Source: an uncultured Acidobacteriota bacterium
Lineage (GTDB): Bacteria > Acidobacteriota > Thermoanaerobaculia > Multivoradales > UBA5704
Reading direction: 5' to 3'
Assembly: GCA_963718645.1 (NCBI GenBank)
Contig: OY970373.1
Coordinates: 1,771,730-1,835,729 of the forward strand
DNA length: 64,000 nt
This document shows positions 48,979 through 58,762 of this stretch, in pieces. A model generated the notes under the pieces. It ran no database searches. It was not told the origin of the DNA and was given only the letters and a program-made list of their open reading frames with translations. Positions within the stretch are counted from its first letter, which is position 1, and each line of letters opens with the position of its first letter. A program made the translations under genes and the position numbers.

Positions 48979-50771
48979 TGCCGACGACACCAGCCGAGCC
49001 GATGCAGATCCTGCAAGGGATGGGGGTTGCCGGCGGCATCGCCATCGGCCGCGCGGTCGTCCTCGAAACCCGCGGGCCGGAGGTCTTCCGCCTCCACGTC
49101 GCGGACGGCCAGGTGGAGGCCGAGGTCTCCCGCCTCCACTCGGGGGCCGCGCACGCCCGCGGCGAGTTGCAGCGCCTGCGCGCGCGCGCCGAGGAGGACC
49201 TCGGCAACGACCTGGCCGCCATCTTCGACGCCCACGTCCTCCTCCTCTCCGACGCCAAGTTCCTCGGCCGGGTGGAGGAGCGGATCCGCACCCAGCAGGT
49301 CAACGCCGAGTGGGCGGTCCACAAGACGGCCGAGGAGCTCGACGCCCGCTTCTCGAACATGGAAGACCCCTACATGCGCGAGCGCAGCGAGGATCTGACC
49401 GACGTCAGCCGCCACCTCCTGCGCAGTCTCCAGGGGATCGCCCATCATGACGTCTCGGAGCTGCCGGCGGACATCGTCATCGTCGCCGACGACCTCACTC
49501 CGTCGGATGCCATCCGGCTCGGCCGCGAGCACGTGATCGGCTTCGCCATCGGCTCCGGCGGCCGGACCTCGCACACGACTATCATCGCCCGCTCGCTGAA
49601 CATCCCCGCCGTCGCCGGCCTGGTCGGCGTGCTGGGGATGATGCGCGATGAGGTGCCGGTGATCGTCGACGGCGAGAAGGGCACGGTGATCCTCTATCCC
49701 ACGCCCGAGGTCCTCCGCCAGTACCAGGAGCGCAAGGGAGAGATCGAGCGCCGCGACCACGACCTGCTGGCCACCCGCGAGCTCACCGCCGTCACCCTCG
49801 ACGGCGTCGAGATCCAGTTGATGGCCAACATCGACCTCCCCGAGGAGGTCGAGGAGGTCCCCCTCTTCGGCGCCTGCGGCGTCGGCCTCTACCGCAGCGA
49901 GTTCCTCTACATCGAGAAGAGCCCGCAGATGCCGACCGAGGACGAGCACGTAGAGATCTACCGCCGGCTGGTCGAGTTCGCGGCGCCCCATCCGGCGATC
50001 ATCCGCACCTACGACCTCGGCGGACGCAAGCTGGCGCGGGAGATGATGGCGACCAAGGAGGAGAATCCCGTCCTCGGCCTGCGCGGCATCCGGCTCACCC
50101 TGGCCCGGCCGGAGGTCTTCCGCCGGCAGATCCGGGCGCTCTACCGCGCCGGGCTCTACGGCGACCTCTGGGTCATGCTCCCGATGGTCAGCACGGTCGA
50201 GGAGGTGCGCCAGTTCCGCGCCTTCGCCGAGGAGGTCATGGCCGAGCTGGAGCGGGAAGGGGTACCCTTCCGCCGCGACGTGCGGCTCGGGGTGATGATC
50301 GAGGTCCCCGCGGCGGCGATGATCGCGGACATCCTGGCCCGCGAGGTCGACTTCTTCTCGATCGGCACCAACGACCTCATCCAGTACTCGATGGCGGTCG
50401 ACCGCAACAACGAGCATGTCGCGAGCCTCTACCAGCCCCTTCATCCGGCGATTCTGCGCATGCTACGCTTCGTCATCGACAGCGCGCGAGCGGCCGGGAT
50501 CGAGGTGGGTCTCTGCGGCGAGATGGCCGCCGACCCGCGGTTCGCCCTGCTGCTGATCGGCCTGGGGCTGCGCCGGATGTCGATGAGCCCGCGCCAGATC
50601 CCGGAGGTCAAGACCTGGGTCCGCGAATCGAGCGCGGCGGACCTGGCCGAGCTCGTCGCCGGCTGCATGGCGCACAGCACGGCCGCCGAGGTGCAGCAGC
50701 ATCTGGACGGCTTCTTCGCCTGCTCCCTGCCCTCGCGGACGGTTTCCGGTGCCCGGGCGCTCTCGCCTTAG
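48978..50771 (+). CDS. ptsI: PTS enzyme I
   Basis: RTSHTTI, GLYRSEF, ENPVLGLRG, MIEVP, SIGTNDL, CGEMA. Confidence 0.95.
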   Translation: MPTTPAEPMQILQGMGVAGGIAIGRAVVLETRGPEVFRLHVADGQVEAEVSRLHSGAAHARGELQRLRARAEEDLGNDLAAIFDAHVLLLSDAKFLGRVEERIRTQQVNAEWAVHKTAEELDARFSNMEDPYMRERSEDLTDVSRHLLRSLQGIAHHDVSELPADIVIVADDLTPSDAIRLGREHVIGFAIGSGGRTSHTTIIARSLNIPAVAGLVGVLGMMRDEVPVIVDGEKGTVILYPTPEVLRQYQERKGEIERRDHDLLATRELTAVTLDGVEIQLMANIDLPEEVEEVPLFGACGVGLYRSEFLYIEKSPQMPTEDEHVEIYRRLVEFAAPHPAIIRTYDLGGRKLAREMMATKEENPVLGLRGIRLTLARPEVFRRQIRALYRAGLYGDLWVMLPMVSTVEEVRQFRAFAEEVMAELEREGVPFRRDVRLGVMIEVPAAAMIADILAREVDFFSIGTNDLIQYSMAVDRNNEHVASLYQPLHPAILRMLRFVIDSARAAGIEVGLCGEMAADPRFALLLIGLGLRRMSMSPRQIPEVKTWVRESSAADLAELVAGCMAHSTAAEVQQHLDGFFACSLPSRTVSGARALSP

Positions 50772-50796
50772 ACTGCAACCTTGGAGAGGACTTGCG

Positions 50797-51150
50797 ATGC
50801 GTTTTCCCATCCGCCGAGTGGAGAAGCCCTGGGGCTACGAGCTGATCTTCGCCCATACCGAGCGCTACGTCGGCAAGATCCTGCACGTCAACGCCGGGGA
50901 GGCGCTCTCCCTCCAGTACCATGAGATCAAGGACGAGACGCTCCATCTCACCGAGGGCGAGGTGGAGCTGGTGGTCGAGGAGGACGGCCGGCTGGTCAGC
51001 ACCATCCTGCGCGGCGGCGACTCCTACCACATCACGCCCGGGACACGGCACCGGATGGTCGCCGGCGAGAACGGCTGCGACATCCTCGAGGTCTCGACCC
51101 CCGAGCTCGACGACGTCGTGAGACTGGAGGATCGCTATGGACGGATTTGA
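50797..51150 (+). CDS. Cupin (mannose-6-phosphate isomerase-like) protein
   Basis: KPWGYE, LSLQYH..KDET, HRM, EVSTPELDDVVRLEDRYGR. Confidence 0.88.
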   Translation: MRFPIRRVEKPWGYELIFAHTERYVGKILHVNAGEALSLQYHEIKDETLHLTEGEVELVVEEDGRLVSTILRGGDSYHITPGTRHRMVAGENGCDILEVSTPELDDVVRLEDRYGRI

Positions 51151-51994
51151 GCGGCTGCGGATCGGCAGCGCGTTGACCGTGGCCCTGGCGCTCGGCGCGC
51201 TCGGCTGCCGCGGCACGCCCCAGCCGGTGACGCGGACCGACGCAGTCAAAGCACCGCAGCCCCCCGCCGCCACCCCGCCCCCAGCGCCTGCACCTATCCC
51301 GGATCCTCCCCCTCCCGTGGAAGAGAAGCGCAAGGGCGACGCCGCACCGGTGGTGGTAGACGCCGGCGAGGAAGATATCCTGGCGACACCGGCGACCCTG
51401 GTCGAGGCCGCCCACGCCGAAAAGGCGCGTCGCGCCGGGGCAGGAAAGTCCTCCGTGGTGATCAACGACAAGACCCTGCCCCGCTACGCCGCCAAGGGGC
51501 AGATCACCGTCGCGGACCCCAAGGCGAAGGACAAGAAGAAAGGGACCGCTCCGGCGGCCGTCGCGGCGGCCACCCCGGTCCGCGACGAGCAGTACTGGCG
51601 CGGCAAGGCTCTCCAGTTGCGCGACACTTGGAAGCAGGCGGCCGACGAGGTCAAGGACCTGGAGCAGAAGTCCGGCGAGCTCCGCCTGAAGTTCTACGCC
51701 GAGGGAGACACCTTCACCCGGGACACCCAGGTCAAGCCCGAGTGGGACCGGGTGCTCGATCGCCTGCGGCAGGCCCGGCTCGACGTCGACGCCGCCAAAC
51801 AGGATCTGAACAAGTTCCTCGAAGAGGGGAGGGCGGCCAACGCCCTGCCGGGGTGGCTCGACGAGGGGATCGAGAACGAGCCGGAGGAGCCCAAGAAGAA
51901 GGAGAAGGATGGAGCGCCTCCCGTGCAGTCGATCGAGCCGCCGGTCCTCAACGACGACAGCGCGCGGAACCCTCCCCCGGGAGCCCGGCGATGA
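51137..51994 (+). CDS. Hypothetical lipoprotein
   Basis: Lipobox LGALGC after a hydrophobic stretch; Pro-rich linker; coiled coil; ALPGWL. Confidence 0.7.
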   Translation: MDGFERLRIGSALTVALALGALGCRGTPQPVTRTDAVKAPQPPAATPPPAPAPIPDPPPPVEEKRKGDAAPVVVDAGEEDILATPATLVEAAHAEKARRAGAGKSSVVINDKTLPRYAAKGQITVADPKAKDKKKGTAPAAVAAATPVRDEQYWRGKALQLRDTWKQAADEVKDLEQKSGELRLKFYAEGDTFTRDTQVKPEWDRVLDRLRQARLDVDAAKQDLNKFLEEGRAANALPGWLDEGIENEPEEPKKKEKDGAPPVQSIEPPVLNDDSARNPPPGARR

Positions 51995-53367
51995 CTCCTC
52001 CCCGCCGCTTCTTCATCGAGACCTGGGGGTGCCAGATGAACGAGCTCGACAGCCAGCGGATGTCGGGCCAGCTCATGCAGCAGGGGATCCTTCCCACCCG
52101 CGAGGTCGAGGAGGCGGACATCATCCTTCTCAACTCCTGCAGCATCCGGGAGAAGGCGGAGCAGAAGGTCTACTCGCGGCTGGGGGAGTACCGCCGTCTC
52201 AAGCGCGGCGATCGCGGGAGAGACCTCCTGATCGGGCTCTGCGGCTGCGTCGCCCAGCAGGAAGGGGAGCGGGCGCTCTCGCGGGTGCCGGACCTCGACT
52301 TCGTGCTCGGTCCGGCGCGTGTCGGCGAGCTCCAGGAGGTGATCGCGAAGCGGAGAGCGGGGGAGCGCGTCGTCGCCACCGGCTTCCCCGAGCACCGGCA
52401 GTACGACATCGACGCCGTCTCCCGCCAGGGCGAATACAAGGGGATGGTGACCATCATCGAGGGGTGCAACAAGAACTGCACCTTCTGCGTCGTCCCCAAG
52501 ACCCGCGGCCCCGAGATGAGCCGGCCGCGGCAGGACATCCTGCGCGAGGTCCGTCATCTCCTCGACTATGGCTTCCAGGAGATCGAGCTGCTGGGCCAGA
52601 CCGTGAACCACTGGCGGGAGCCCGAGGGAGACTGGGACTTCGCCGACCTCCTCGATGCCGTCGCCCGCCTGCCCGGCGTGCAGCGGCTCCGCTTCATCAC
52701 CTCCTATCCGCGCGACTTCACGCCGCGGATGGTGGCGCGGATGGGGGAGCACGCCAACATCTGTCCCTACCTCCACCTGCCGGTGCAGTCGGGCTCCGAT
52801 CCCGTCCTGCGCCGCATGGGTCGCGGCTATACCCGCGGCGAGTACCTCGATCTCGTCGGCCAGCTCCGCCGGGCGCGCCCCGGCCTGTCGCTCTCGACCG
52901 ACCTGATCGTCGGCTTCCCGGGCGAGACCGAGGACGACTTCGAGCGCACCCTCGATCTGGTGCGCGAGGTCCGTTTCTCCGAGTTCTACGCCTTCCTCTA
53001 CTCGCCACGCCCGGGCACCGCGGCACCCCGCCTCAGCGATCCGGTCGATCCGGGGGTCGGCTCCGAGCGGCTGCAGCGCCTCTTCCAACTCCAGGACGAG
53101 ATCCAGCGCGAGATCAATGAGGGCTTGGTGGGCAGGGAGCTCGAAGTCATCGTCACCGGCTGGGGGCGGCAGCCGGGAACGCAGACCGGCCGCACTCCCT
53201 GCCACCGCGTGGTCCACTTCGCGGCCGGCCCCGAGCCGCCGCTCCTGGGCAGCATGACGCGCGTCGAAGTGGAGAGCGCCTTTCCGCATAGCCTGCTGGG
53301 CAGGCTCGCCACGAGCAACAACACGGACGAGCACGGACGAGCACAGACCAGCACGGAGGTCCGGTAG
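51991..53367 (+). CDS. miaB: tRNA methylthiotransferase
   Basis: TWGCQMN..DS, NSCSIREKAE, GCVAQ, GCNKNCTFC, HLPVQSGS, TRAM-like tail. Confidence 0.95.
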   Translation: MTPPRRFFIETWGCQMNELDSQRMSGQLMQQGILPTREVEEADIILLNSCSIREKAEQKVYSRLGEYRRLKRGDRGRDLLIGLCGCVAQQEGERALSRVPDLDFVLGPARVGELQEVIAKRRAGERVVATGFPEHRQYDIDAVSRQGEYKGMVTIIEGCNKNCTFCVVPKTRGPEMSRPRQDILREVRHLLDYGFQEIELLGQTVNHWREPEGDWDFADLLDAVARLPGVQRLRFITSYPRDFTPRMVARMGEHANICPYLHLPVQSGSDPVLRRMGRGYTRGEYLDLVGQLRRARPGLSLSTDLIVGFPGETEDDFERTLDLVREVRFSEFYAFLYSPRPGTAAPRLSDPVDPGVGSERLQRLFQLQDEIQREINEGLVGRELEVIVTGWGRQPGTQTGRTPCHRVVHFAAGPEPPLLGSMTRVEVESAFPHSLLGRLATSNNTDEHGRAQTSTEVR

Positions 53368-53408
53368 GGCCCGTGCTCGTCCGTGGTTTGTCCGTGTGAG
53401 TCCGTGGT
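53321..53408. repeat. Palindrome of 10-nt CACGGACNNN units overlapping the miaB 3' end
   Basis: cacggacgag-cacggacgag-cacagaccag-cacgga ... ccgtgctcg-tccgtggtttg-tccgtgtgag-tccgtg. Confidence 0.75.
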
Positions 53409-53454
53409 TCCTCTTTGCCTTGACCTCCTTCCCCTCCGCGCCCAGAATAAGGGC

Positions 53455-53955
53455 ATGAGCAACCCCAACGAAGAGCTCCGGGTCGAGATCAAAGGGTTGA
53501 TGCTGGACCCCTCGTCCAACGTCCCGATCGTCATCCTCCGGGATACCCAGAGCCAGCTTTTCCTGCCGATCTGGATCGGCGTCTTCGAAGCCAACGCCAT
53601 CGCTCTCCGCCTCGAGGGGGTCGAGCCTCCGCGTCCGATGACTCACGATCTGTTGCGGGCGATGCTCGAACAGCTCGGCGGCGAGGTGGAGAAGATCGTG
53701 ATCTCCGACCTGCGGGAGAGCACCTTCTTCGCCATGATCCACGTGCGGAATCCCGAGCGCTCCGCCGCCATCGACGCGCGCCCGAGCGACGCCATCGCGC
53801 TCGCCCTCCGCACCGGCTCGCCGATCTTCGTCCTGCGCTCCGTGCTCGACAAGGCCCAGGCGGTCGATCTGGCGACCGACGTCAACGACGAGGAGAAGCT
53901 CAAGAAGTGGCTCGAAGAGATCAGCCCGGAGGATCTGGGCAAGTGGACGATGTAA
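53455..53955 (+). CDS. Bifunctional nuclease family (DUF151)
   Basis: LPIWIG.FEA.AI, PRPMTHDL, DARPSDAIALA. Confidence 0.92.
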   Translation: MSNPNEELRVEIKGLMLDPSSNVPIVILRDTQSQLFLPIWIGVFEANAIALRLEGVEPPRPMTHDLLRAMLEQLGGEVEKIVISDLRESTFFAMIHVRNPERSAAIDARPSDAIALALRTGSPIFVLRSVLDKAQAVDLATDVNDEEKLKKWLEEISPEDLGKWTM

Positions 53956-54090
53956 GCGGCTTCGTTCCCGTGCGGAAGTCTTGAAAAGACAGCAGGTTAC
54001 GGCGAATGTCGGCGCGCCGACATCACCGCCGGCCGCGCCTGACCTCCAGCTTGACCTCGATTGGGCCTTTCCTTAGACTGCCGCTCTCCC

Positions 54091-54849
54091 ATGATCATCG
54101 CCATCACCAACCAGAAGGGCGGCGTCGGCAAGACCACGACCGCCATCAACCTCGCCGCGGCCCTCGCCAGCAAAGGGAGGAAAACCCTCCTGGTGGATCT
54201 CGATCCCCAGGCCAACAGCTCGATGTCGTTCCTCGACATCCACGAGCTCCAGCGGTCGATCTACGACGCCCTGACCGACGAGCAGATCCATATCGCGGAC
54301 ATCCTCAAGCCGGCGGAGAAGATCGAGAACCTCCACATCGCGCCCTCGACGATCGCCCTGGCCAAGATCGAGGCGAAGCTGATCGGGGAGCTGGACAGCC
54401 ACTACCGGCTGAAGGACGAGCTCCAGAGCGTTCAGGACAACTTCGACTACATCATCATCGACACGCCCCCCACCCTGGGCATCATCACGGTGAACGCCCT
54501 GGTCGCCGCCAGCCATGTGTTGATCCCGATCCAGGCGAGCTATTTTGCCCTGGAGGGGACCGACGATCTGCTGGAGACCATCGACAAGATCAAGGTGCGG
54601 GCCAATCCCCAGCTCCAGATCCTGGGGGCGCTGATCACCATGTACGATAAGCGGACCCTGCTGGCGAAGGACATCTACGAGCAGATCCAGCGGGTCTTCG
54701 GCGTCAAGGTCTTCGAGACGGTGATCACCAAGAGCGTGCGCCTGGAAGAGAGCCCGGCCTACCGGGAATCGATCTTCACCTTCGCGCCCCGGTCCACGGG
54801 CGCCTACGAGTACTACCGCCTTTCCGAGGAGGTCCTGAGCCGTGTCTGA
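54091..54849 (+). CDS. parA: ParA/Soj family ATPase
   Basis: NQKGGVGKTTT, DLDPQAN, IDTPP. Confidence 0.88.
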   Translation: MIIAITNQKGGVGKTTTAINLAAALASKGRKTLLVDLDPQANSSMSFLDIHELQRSIYDALTDEQIHIADILKPAEKIENLHIAPSTIALAKIEAKLIGELDSHYRLKDELQSVQDNFDYIIIDTPPTLGIITVNALVAASHVLIPIQASYFALEGTDDLLETIDKIKVRANPQLQILGALITMYDKRTLLAKDIYEQIQRVFGVKVFETVITKSVRLEESPAYRESIFTFAPRSTGAYEYYRLSEEVLSRV

Positions 54850-55723
54850 TCCCGTCCGCAAGCGCGGTGGTCTCCCGATGCGCGTGAAGATGCGCCACGA
54901 CAACCATTTCGTCGAGGAGCTCTCGGCCCGTCACGAGACGCCGGTGGGGAAGATGATCCCGCTGTCCGCCATCGAGCCGGATCCGAAGCAGCCGCGCACG
55001 AGCATGGGCGACCTGGACGACCTGGTTCATTCCATCCGGGACAAGGGAATTCTCGAGCCGATCCTGGTGCGCCCCCTGACGAGCCTGGACGGACTGGACG
55101 GCGGCGAGGGCGGGATCCTCTACCGGATCATCTCCGGCGAGCGGCGCTACCGCGCGGCCCAGGAAGCGGGGCTGTACGAGGTGCCGGCGATCGAGATGGA
55201 CGTCACGGACCAGGAGGCGCTCGAGATCGCCCTGATCGAGAATCTCCAGCGCAAGGATCTGACACCTTTCGAAGAGGCCGAAGGGTACCGGATGCTCGGC
55301 GAGGCCCATGGATATACCCACGAAGAGATCTCGGAGGCGGTCGGCAAGTCGCGCACGGTGGTCACCGAAAGCCTGTCCCTGTTGCAGATGCCGCCGCGGG
55401 TCCGCGACACTGTCCAGGCGCTGGGGCTGACCTCGAAGTCCTTGCTGCTAGAGGTGCTGAAGGCGGGCGACGAGGAGGAGATGATCGACCTCCTGGAAGA
55501 GGTGGCCCGCCGCGGCCTCAACCGCGACGACCTCCGCCAGCGGCTCCGCCGCGGCGACAAGGGGGGAAAGTCGAGCCGCCGGAAGCCCTATGTCTTCCGG
55601 TTCAAGGCGCCGGACCGCACGTTCAGCCTGTCGCTGAGCTTCCGGCAGAGTGAGGTCGATCAGGACGACCTGATCCGTGCCCTCGAACAGATCCTCACGG
55701 ATCTGCGCCAGAATCCCTCATAG
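54842..55723 (+). CDS. parB: ParB/Spo0J family protein
   Basis: QPR, GILEPILVR, GERRYRA, ENLQRKDL, HTH. Confidence 0.88.
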   Translation: MSDPVRKRGGLPMRVKMRHDNHFVEELSARHETPVGKMIPLSAIEPDPKQPRTSMGDLDDLVHSIRDKGILEPILVRPLTSLDGLDGGEGGILYRIISGERRYRAAQEAGLYEVPAIEMDVTDQEALEIALIENLQRKDLTPFEEAEGYRMLGEAHGYTHEEISEAVGKSRTVVTESLSLLQMPPRVRDTVQALGLTSKSLLLEVLKAGDEEEMIDLLEEVARRGLNRDDLRQRLRRGDKGGKSSRRKPYVFRFKAPDRTFSLSLSFRQSEVDQDDLIRALEQILTDLRQNPS

Positions 55724-55728
55724 AGCCT

Positions 55729-55815
55729 CACGGACTGGCAGGGACAAACAAGGACAAATACGGACGGCCAGGGACGTTTGTCGTCCTTGTTGGTCCCTGC
55801 CAGTCCGTGTTGGTC
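55729..55815. repeat. Palindrome of 10-nt CA(C/G)GGAC units
   Basis: cacggactgg-cagggacaaa-caaggacaaa-tacggacggc-cagggac ... gtccttgttg-gtccctgcca-gtccgtg. Confidence 0.75.
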
Positions 55816-55896
55816 TTCTTCAAGGGGCCCATATGATCAGCCGATAAGGCGTATTATGTTAATCCATGGCCGCGAACAGCGACCACGGTCCGGTAC

Positions 55897-56313
55897 TCAG
55901 ACGGTCCACTCGGCCGCCAGATCTTCATCCTCCTCCAGCCGAAGCCTGACCAGGCGGCTGCCGTTCGGCATCCTCCCCGCGAGCTGCCCCGCGATCCAGC
56001 GGACGAGGTTCTCGCTCGACGGGATCGCCTGCCCGTCCGCGAACTCCGGCAGCGCCGCGTTGAGGTGCTGATGGTCGAGTTGCTCGACCACCTTCTCCTG
56101 AACCAGGGCGTCGAGCGCGCCGAGGTCTACGACGAAGCCGGTCCGCAGATCGATCTCGCCGCCCACGGTCACGAACAGGCGGTAGTTGTGGCCGTGCCCC
56201 GGCAGGTTGGCGCACTTGCCGAAGCGGGCCCGGTTCTCGGCCTCGCTCCAGTCGGGGCGGCGGTAGAGATGGCTGGCGCTGAAGCGGTAGCGGCGTTCGA
56301 GGGTGATATCCAT
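55897..56313 (-). CDS. queD: 6-carboxytetrahydropterin / 6-pyruvoyl-tetrahydropterin synthase
   Basis: FSASH, KCANLPGHGHNY, LDHQHLN, PSSENL. Confidence 0.85.
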   Translation of the reverse strand: MDITLERRYRFSASHLYRRPDWSEAENRARFGKCANLPGHGHNYRLFVTVGGEIDLRTGFVVDLGALDALVQEKVVEQLDHQHLNAALPEFADGQAIPSSENLVRWIAGQLAGRMPNGSRLVRLRLEEDEDLAAEWTV

Positions 56314-56336
56314 GGCGATCTCCATATAATGGCGCC

Positions 56337-58730
56337 GTGCGGAAACTGGATCGCTATCTGATCACGGAAATCCTCGGTCCTCTCGGGCTGGGGTTCCTGG
56401 TCTATACGTTCATCCTCCTCATCCGGTTCCTCTTTCAGTCGGCGGAGATGATCATCCGCCGCGGTCTGCCGGTCTCGATCGTCGGCAAGCTGCTGGCGCT
56501 GACCCTGCCGAACATCGTGGTGCTGACCCTGCCGATGTCGCTCCTGTTCGGCACCCTGATCGCCGTCGGCCGGCTCTCCTCGGACAGCGAGCTGATCGCC
56601 GTGCGCGCCTCGGGGATCAGCCTGCTGACCCTCTACCGGCCTATCCTGCTGCTCTCCGGCGCGCTGACGGTCGCCAACGCGCTGTTGATGATCTACGTCC
56701 TCCCCTGGGGGAACCACGAGCTCCAGGTGCTGCGGCTCGAGATCACCACCCAGACCGTGTCGCAGCAGGTCCAGCCGCGGGTGTTCTACGAAGAGTGGGA
56801 GGGGAAGGTCGTCTACGTCTTCGAGGTCCCGGAAGGAGGCAAGCGCTGGAAGGGGGTCTTCCTCGCCGAGGCGGTCCCGTCGAGCGAGAAGAACCAGATC
56901 ACCACCGCCGACTGGGGAGAGGTGCTGATCGACCAGGCGGGCGAACGGGTGGTGCTGCGGCTCTACAACGCCATCCAGCACAAGGTGGACCTCAACGCTC
57001 CCGACCGCTATGAGATCAGCCGCCACCGGCGGCTCGACCTCGTCCTGGACGACCAGTTCACCACCGAGCAGAAGGCCAAGCTCTCGGCCTCCAAGGGGAT
57101 CCGCGAGCTCACGCTCTCCGAGCTGAGCGATCTGGCGCGCGACCCGACGACCGACTCCGAGCAGCGCAACCTGGCACGGGTGGAGATCCACAAGAAGTTC
57201 TCGATCCCCGCCGCCTGCCTGGTGTTCGGCCTGTTCGCGCTGCCACTGGGGATCAACAACCGCCGGGGCGGCAAGGCGTCGGGCTTCGCGCTGTCGATCG
57301 GCATCCTGATCCTCTACTACATCCTGCTCAACAACGGCGAGGAGGCGGCGCGCTTCGGCCGCGTATCCCCCTGGCTGGCGATGTGGTTCCCCAACATCCT
57401 GCTGGCCAGCTTCGGCATCTTCCTGCTGATCCGCCGCAACCGGGACAAGAGCCTGCTGCTGACCCGCCTCGACCGCTGGGTCCGCGAGGATCTCTGGGGG
57501 GGCATCCTGGTGCTCAAGGGGATCACTCGCCAGCGGCGCCGCCAGCACAAGGAGCAGCGCCAGCTCCGCGCCGCGGAGGCCCCGAAGAAGAAGGAGCCCC
57601 GGCTCCCCCGCCTGGTCCTCCTCCTCCCCCGCCCGCGGATCGTCTTTCCGAACCTCATCGACCGCTACGTGACGAAGCTGTTCGCCTGGGTGTTCCTGCT
57701 GGTCGTGCTGTCCGGGGTGGCACTGTTCATCATCTTCGACCTGTCGGAGAACTTCGACGACATCCTGAAGAACAAGGTCGGCAGCGGCGTGGTGCTCAAC
57801 TACTACAAGTACCTGTCGCTCCAGATGTTCTACGACATCGCTCCGATCGTCATCCTGGTGGCGACCCTGCTCACCTTCAGCCTGCTGGCGCGGACGAACG
57901 AGATCACCGCCTGTAAGTCGCTGGGGATGAGCCTCTACCGGCTCTCGCTGCCGGCGGTGGTCTCGGCGCTGCTGGTGACCTTCTTCTGCGGCTATCTGGA
58001 GTCGTCGGTCCTGCCGGCGTCGAACGAGAAGGTCGCGAAGCTCAAGGACCGGATGCACGGCAAGCAGACCGCCCGCACCTACCGCCGCGCCGACCGCCAG
58101 TGGCTGTTCGGCCAGGGGCGGTACATCTATAACTACGTCCACTACGACCCGCAGCAGGCGGGCCTCCAGCGCTTGCAGGTCTTCGACTTCGACGACCAGC
58201 ACCGGCTCACCCGCCGGCTGTTCACGGAGAACGCCCACTACATCGGCGATGCCTGGGTGTTCTCCAATGGCTGGGCCCGCTCGTTCAAGGCGGTGGACGT
58301 CACCAGCTACAACCGGTTCAAGGAGCCGAAGATCGTCCGCTATCCGGAGACCCCCTCCTATTTCGACTCGGAGATCCGTCCCCCGGAACAGATGCGCTAC
58401 GGCGAGCTGAAGGACTACATCGAGGAGCTGAAGGAGAGCGGCCAGTCCGTCCCCGAGCTGCAGGTGCGGCTGGAGGACAAGATCGCGCTGCCGGTCGCTT
58501 CGTTGATCATGTCGCTGGTCGCGCTCCCCTTCGCCTTCCGCCTCGGCCGGCAGGGAGCGCTCTATGGGATCGGCGTCTCGCTGGTGCTCGGGATCGCCTT
58601 CATGGCGATCTACGCCTTCTTCACCAAGATGGGCGAAGCCGGGGCGCTGCCGCCGCAGGTCGCGGTGTGGAGCCCGGCGGCGGTCTTCGCGCTGCTCTCG
58701 GGCTACCTCTTCCTGGGTGTGCGGACCTGA
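56337..58730 (+). CDS. Fused LptF-LptG LPS export permease
   Basis: Two permease halves in one ORF (LDRYL...SDSELIA; LIDRYV...RTNEITA). Confidence 0.9.
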   Translation: MRKLDRYLITEILGPLGLGFLVYTFILLIRFLFQSAEMIIRRGLPVSIVGKLLALTLPNIVVLTLPMSLLFGTLIAVGRLSSDSELIAVRASGISLLTLYRPILLLSGALTVANALLMIYVLPWGNHELQVLRLEITTQTVSQQVQPRVFYEEWEGKVVYVFEVPEGGKRWKGVFLAEAVPSSEKNQITTADWGEVLIDQAGERVVLRLYNAIQHKVDLNAPDRYEISRHRRLDLVLDDQFTTEQKAKLSASKGIRELTLSELSDLARDPTTDSEQRNLARVEIHKKFSIPAACLVFGLFALPLGINNRRGGKASGFALSIGILILYYILLNNGEEAARFGRVSPWLAMWFPNILLASFGIFLLIRRNRDKSLLLTRLDRWVREDLWGGILVLKGITRQRRRQHKEQRQLRAAEAPKKKEPRLPRLVLLLPRPRIVFPNLIDRYVTKLFAWVFLLVVLSGVALFIIFDLSENFDDILKNKVGSGVVLNYYKYLSLQMFYDIAPIVILVATLLTFSLLARTNEITACKSLGMSLYRLSLPAVVSALLVTFFCGYLESSVLPASNEKVAKLKDRMHGKQTARTYRRADRQWLFGQGRYIYNYVHYDPQQAGLQRLQVFDFDDQHRLTRRLFTENAHYIGDAWVFSNGWARSFKAVDVTSYNRFKEPKIVRYPETPSYFDSEIRPPEQMRYGELKDYIEELKESGQSVPELQVRLEDKIALPVASLIMSLVALPFAFRLGRQGALYGIGVSLVLGIAFMAIYAFFTKMGEAGALPPQVAVWSPAAVFALLSGYLFLGVRT

Positions 58731-58762
58731 CGGCGTAGGTCTTCCCTTCCCGCCAGGCGAGG

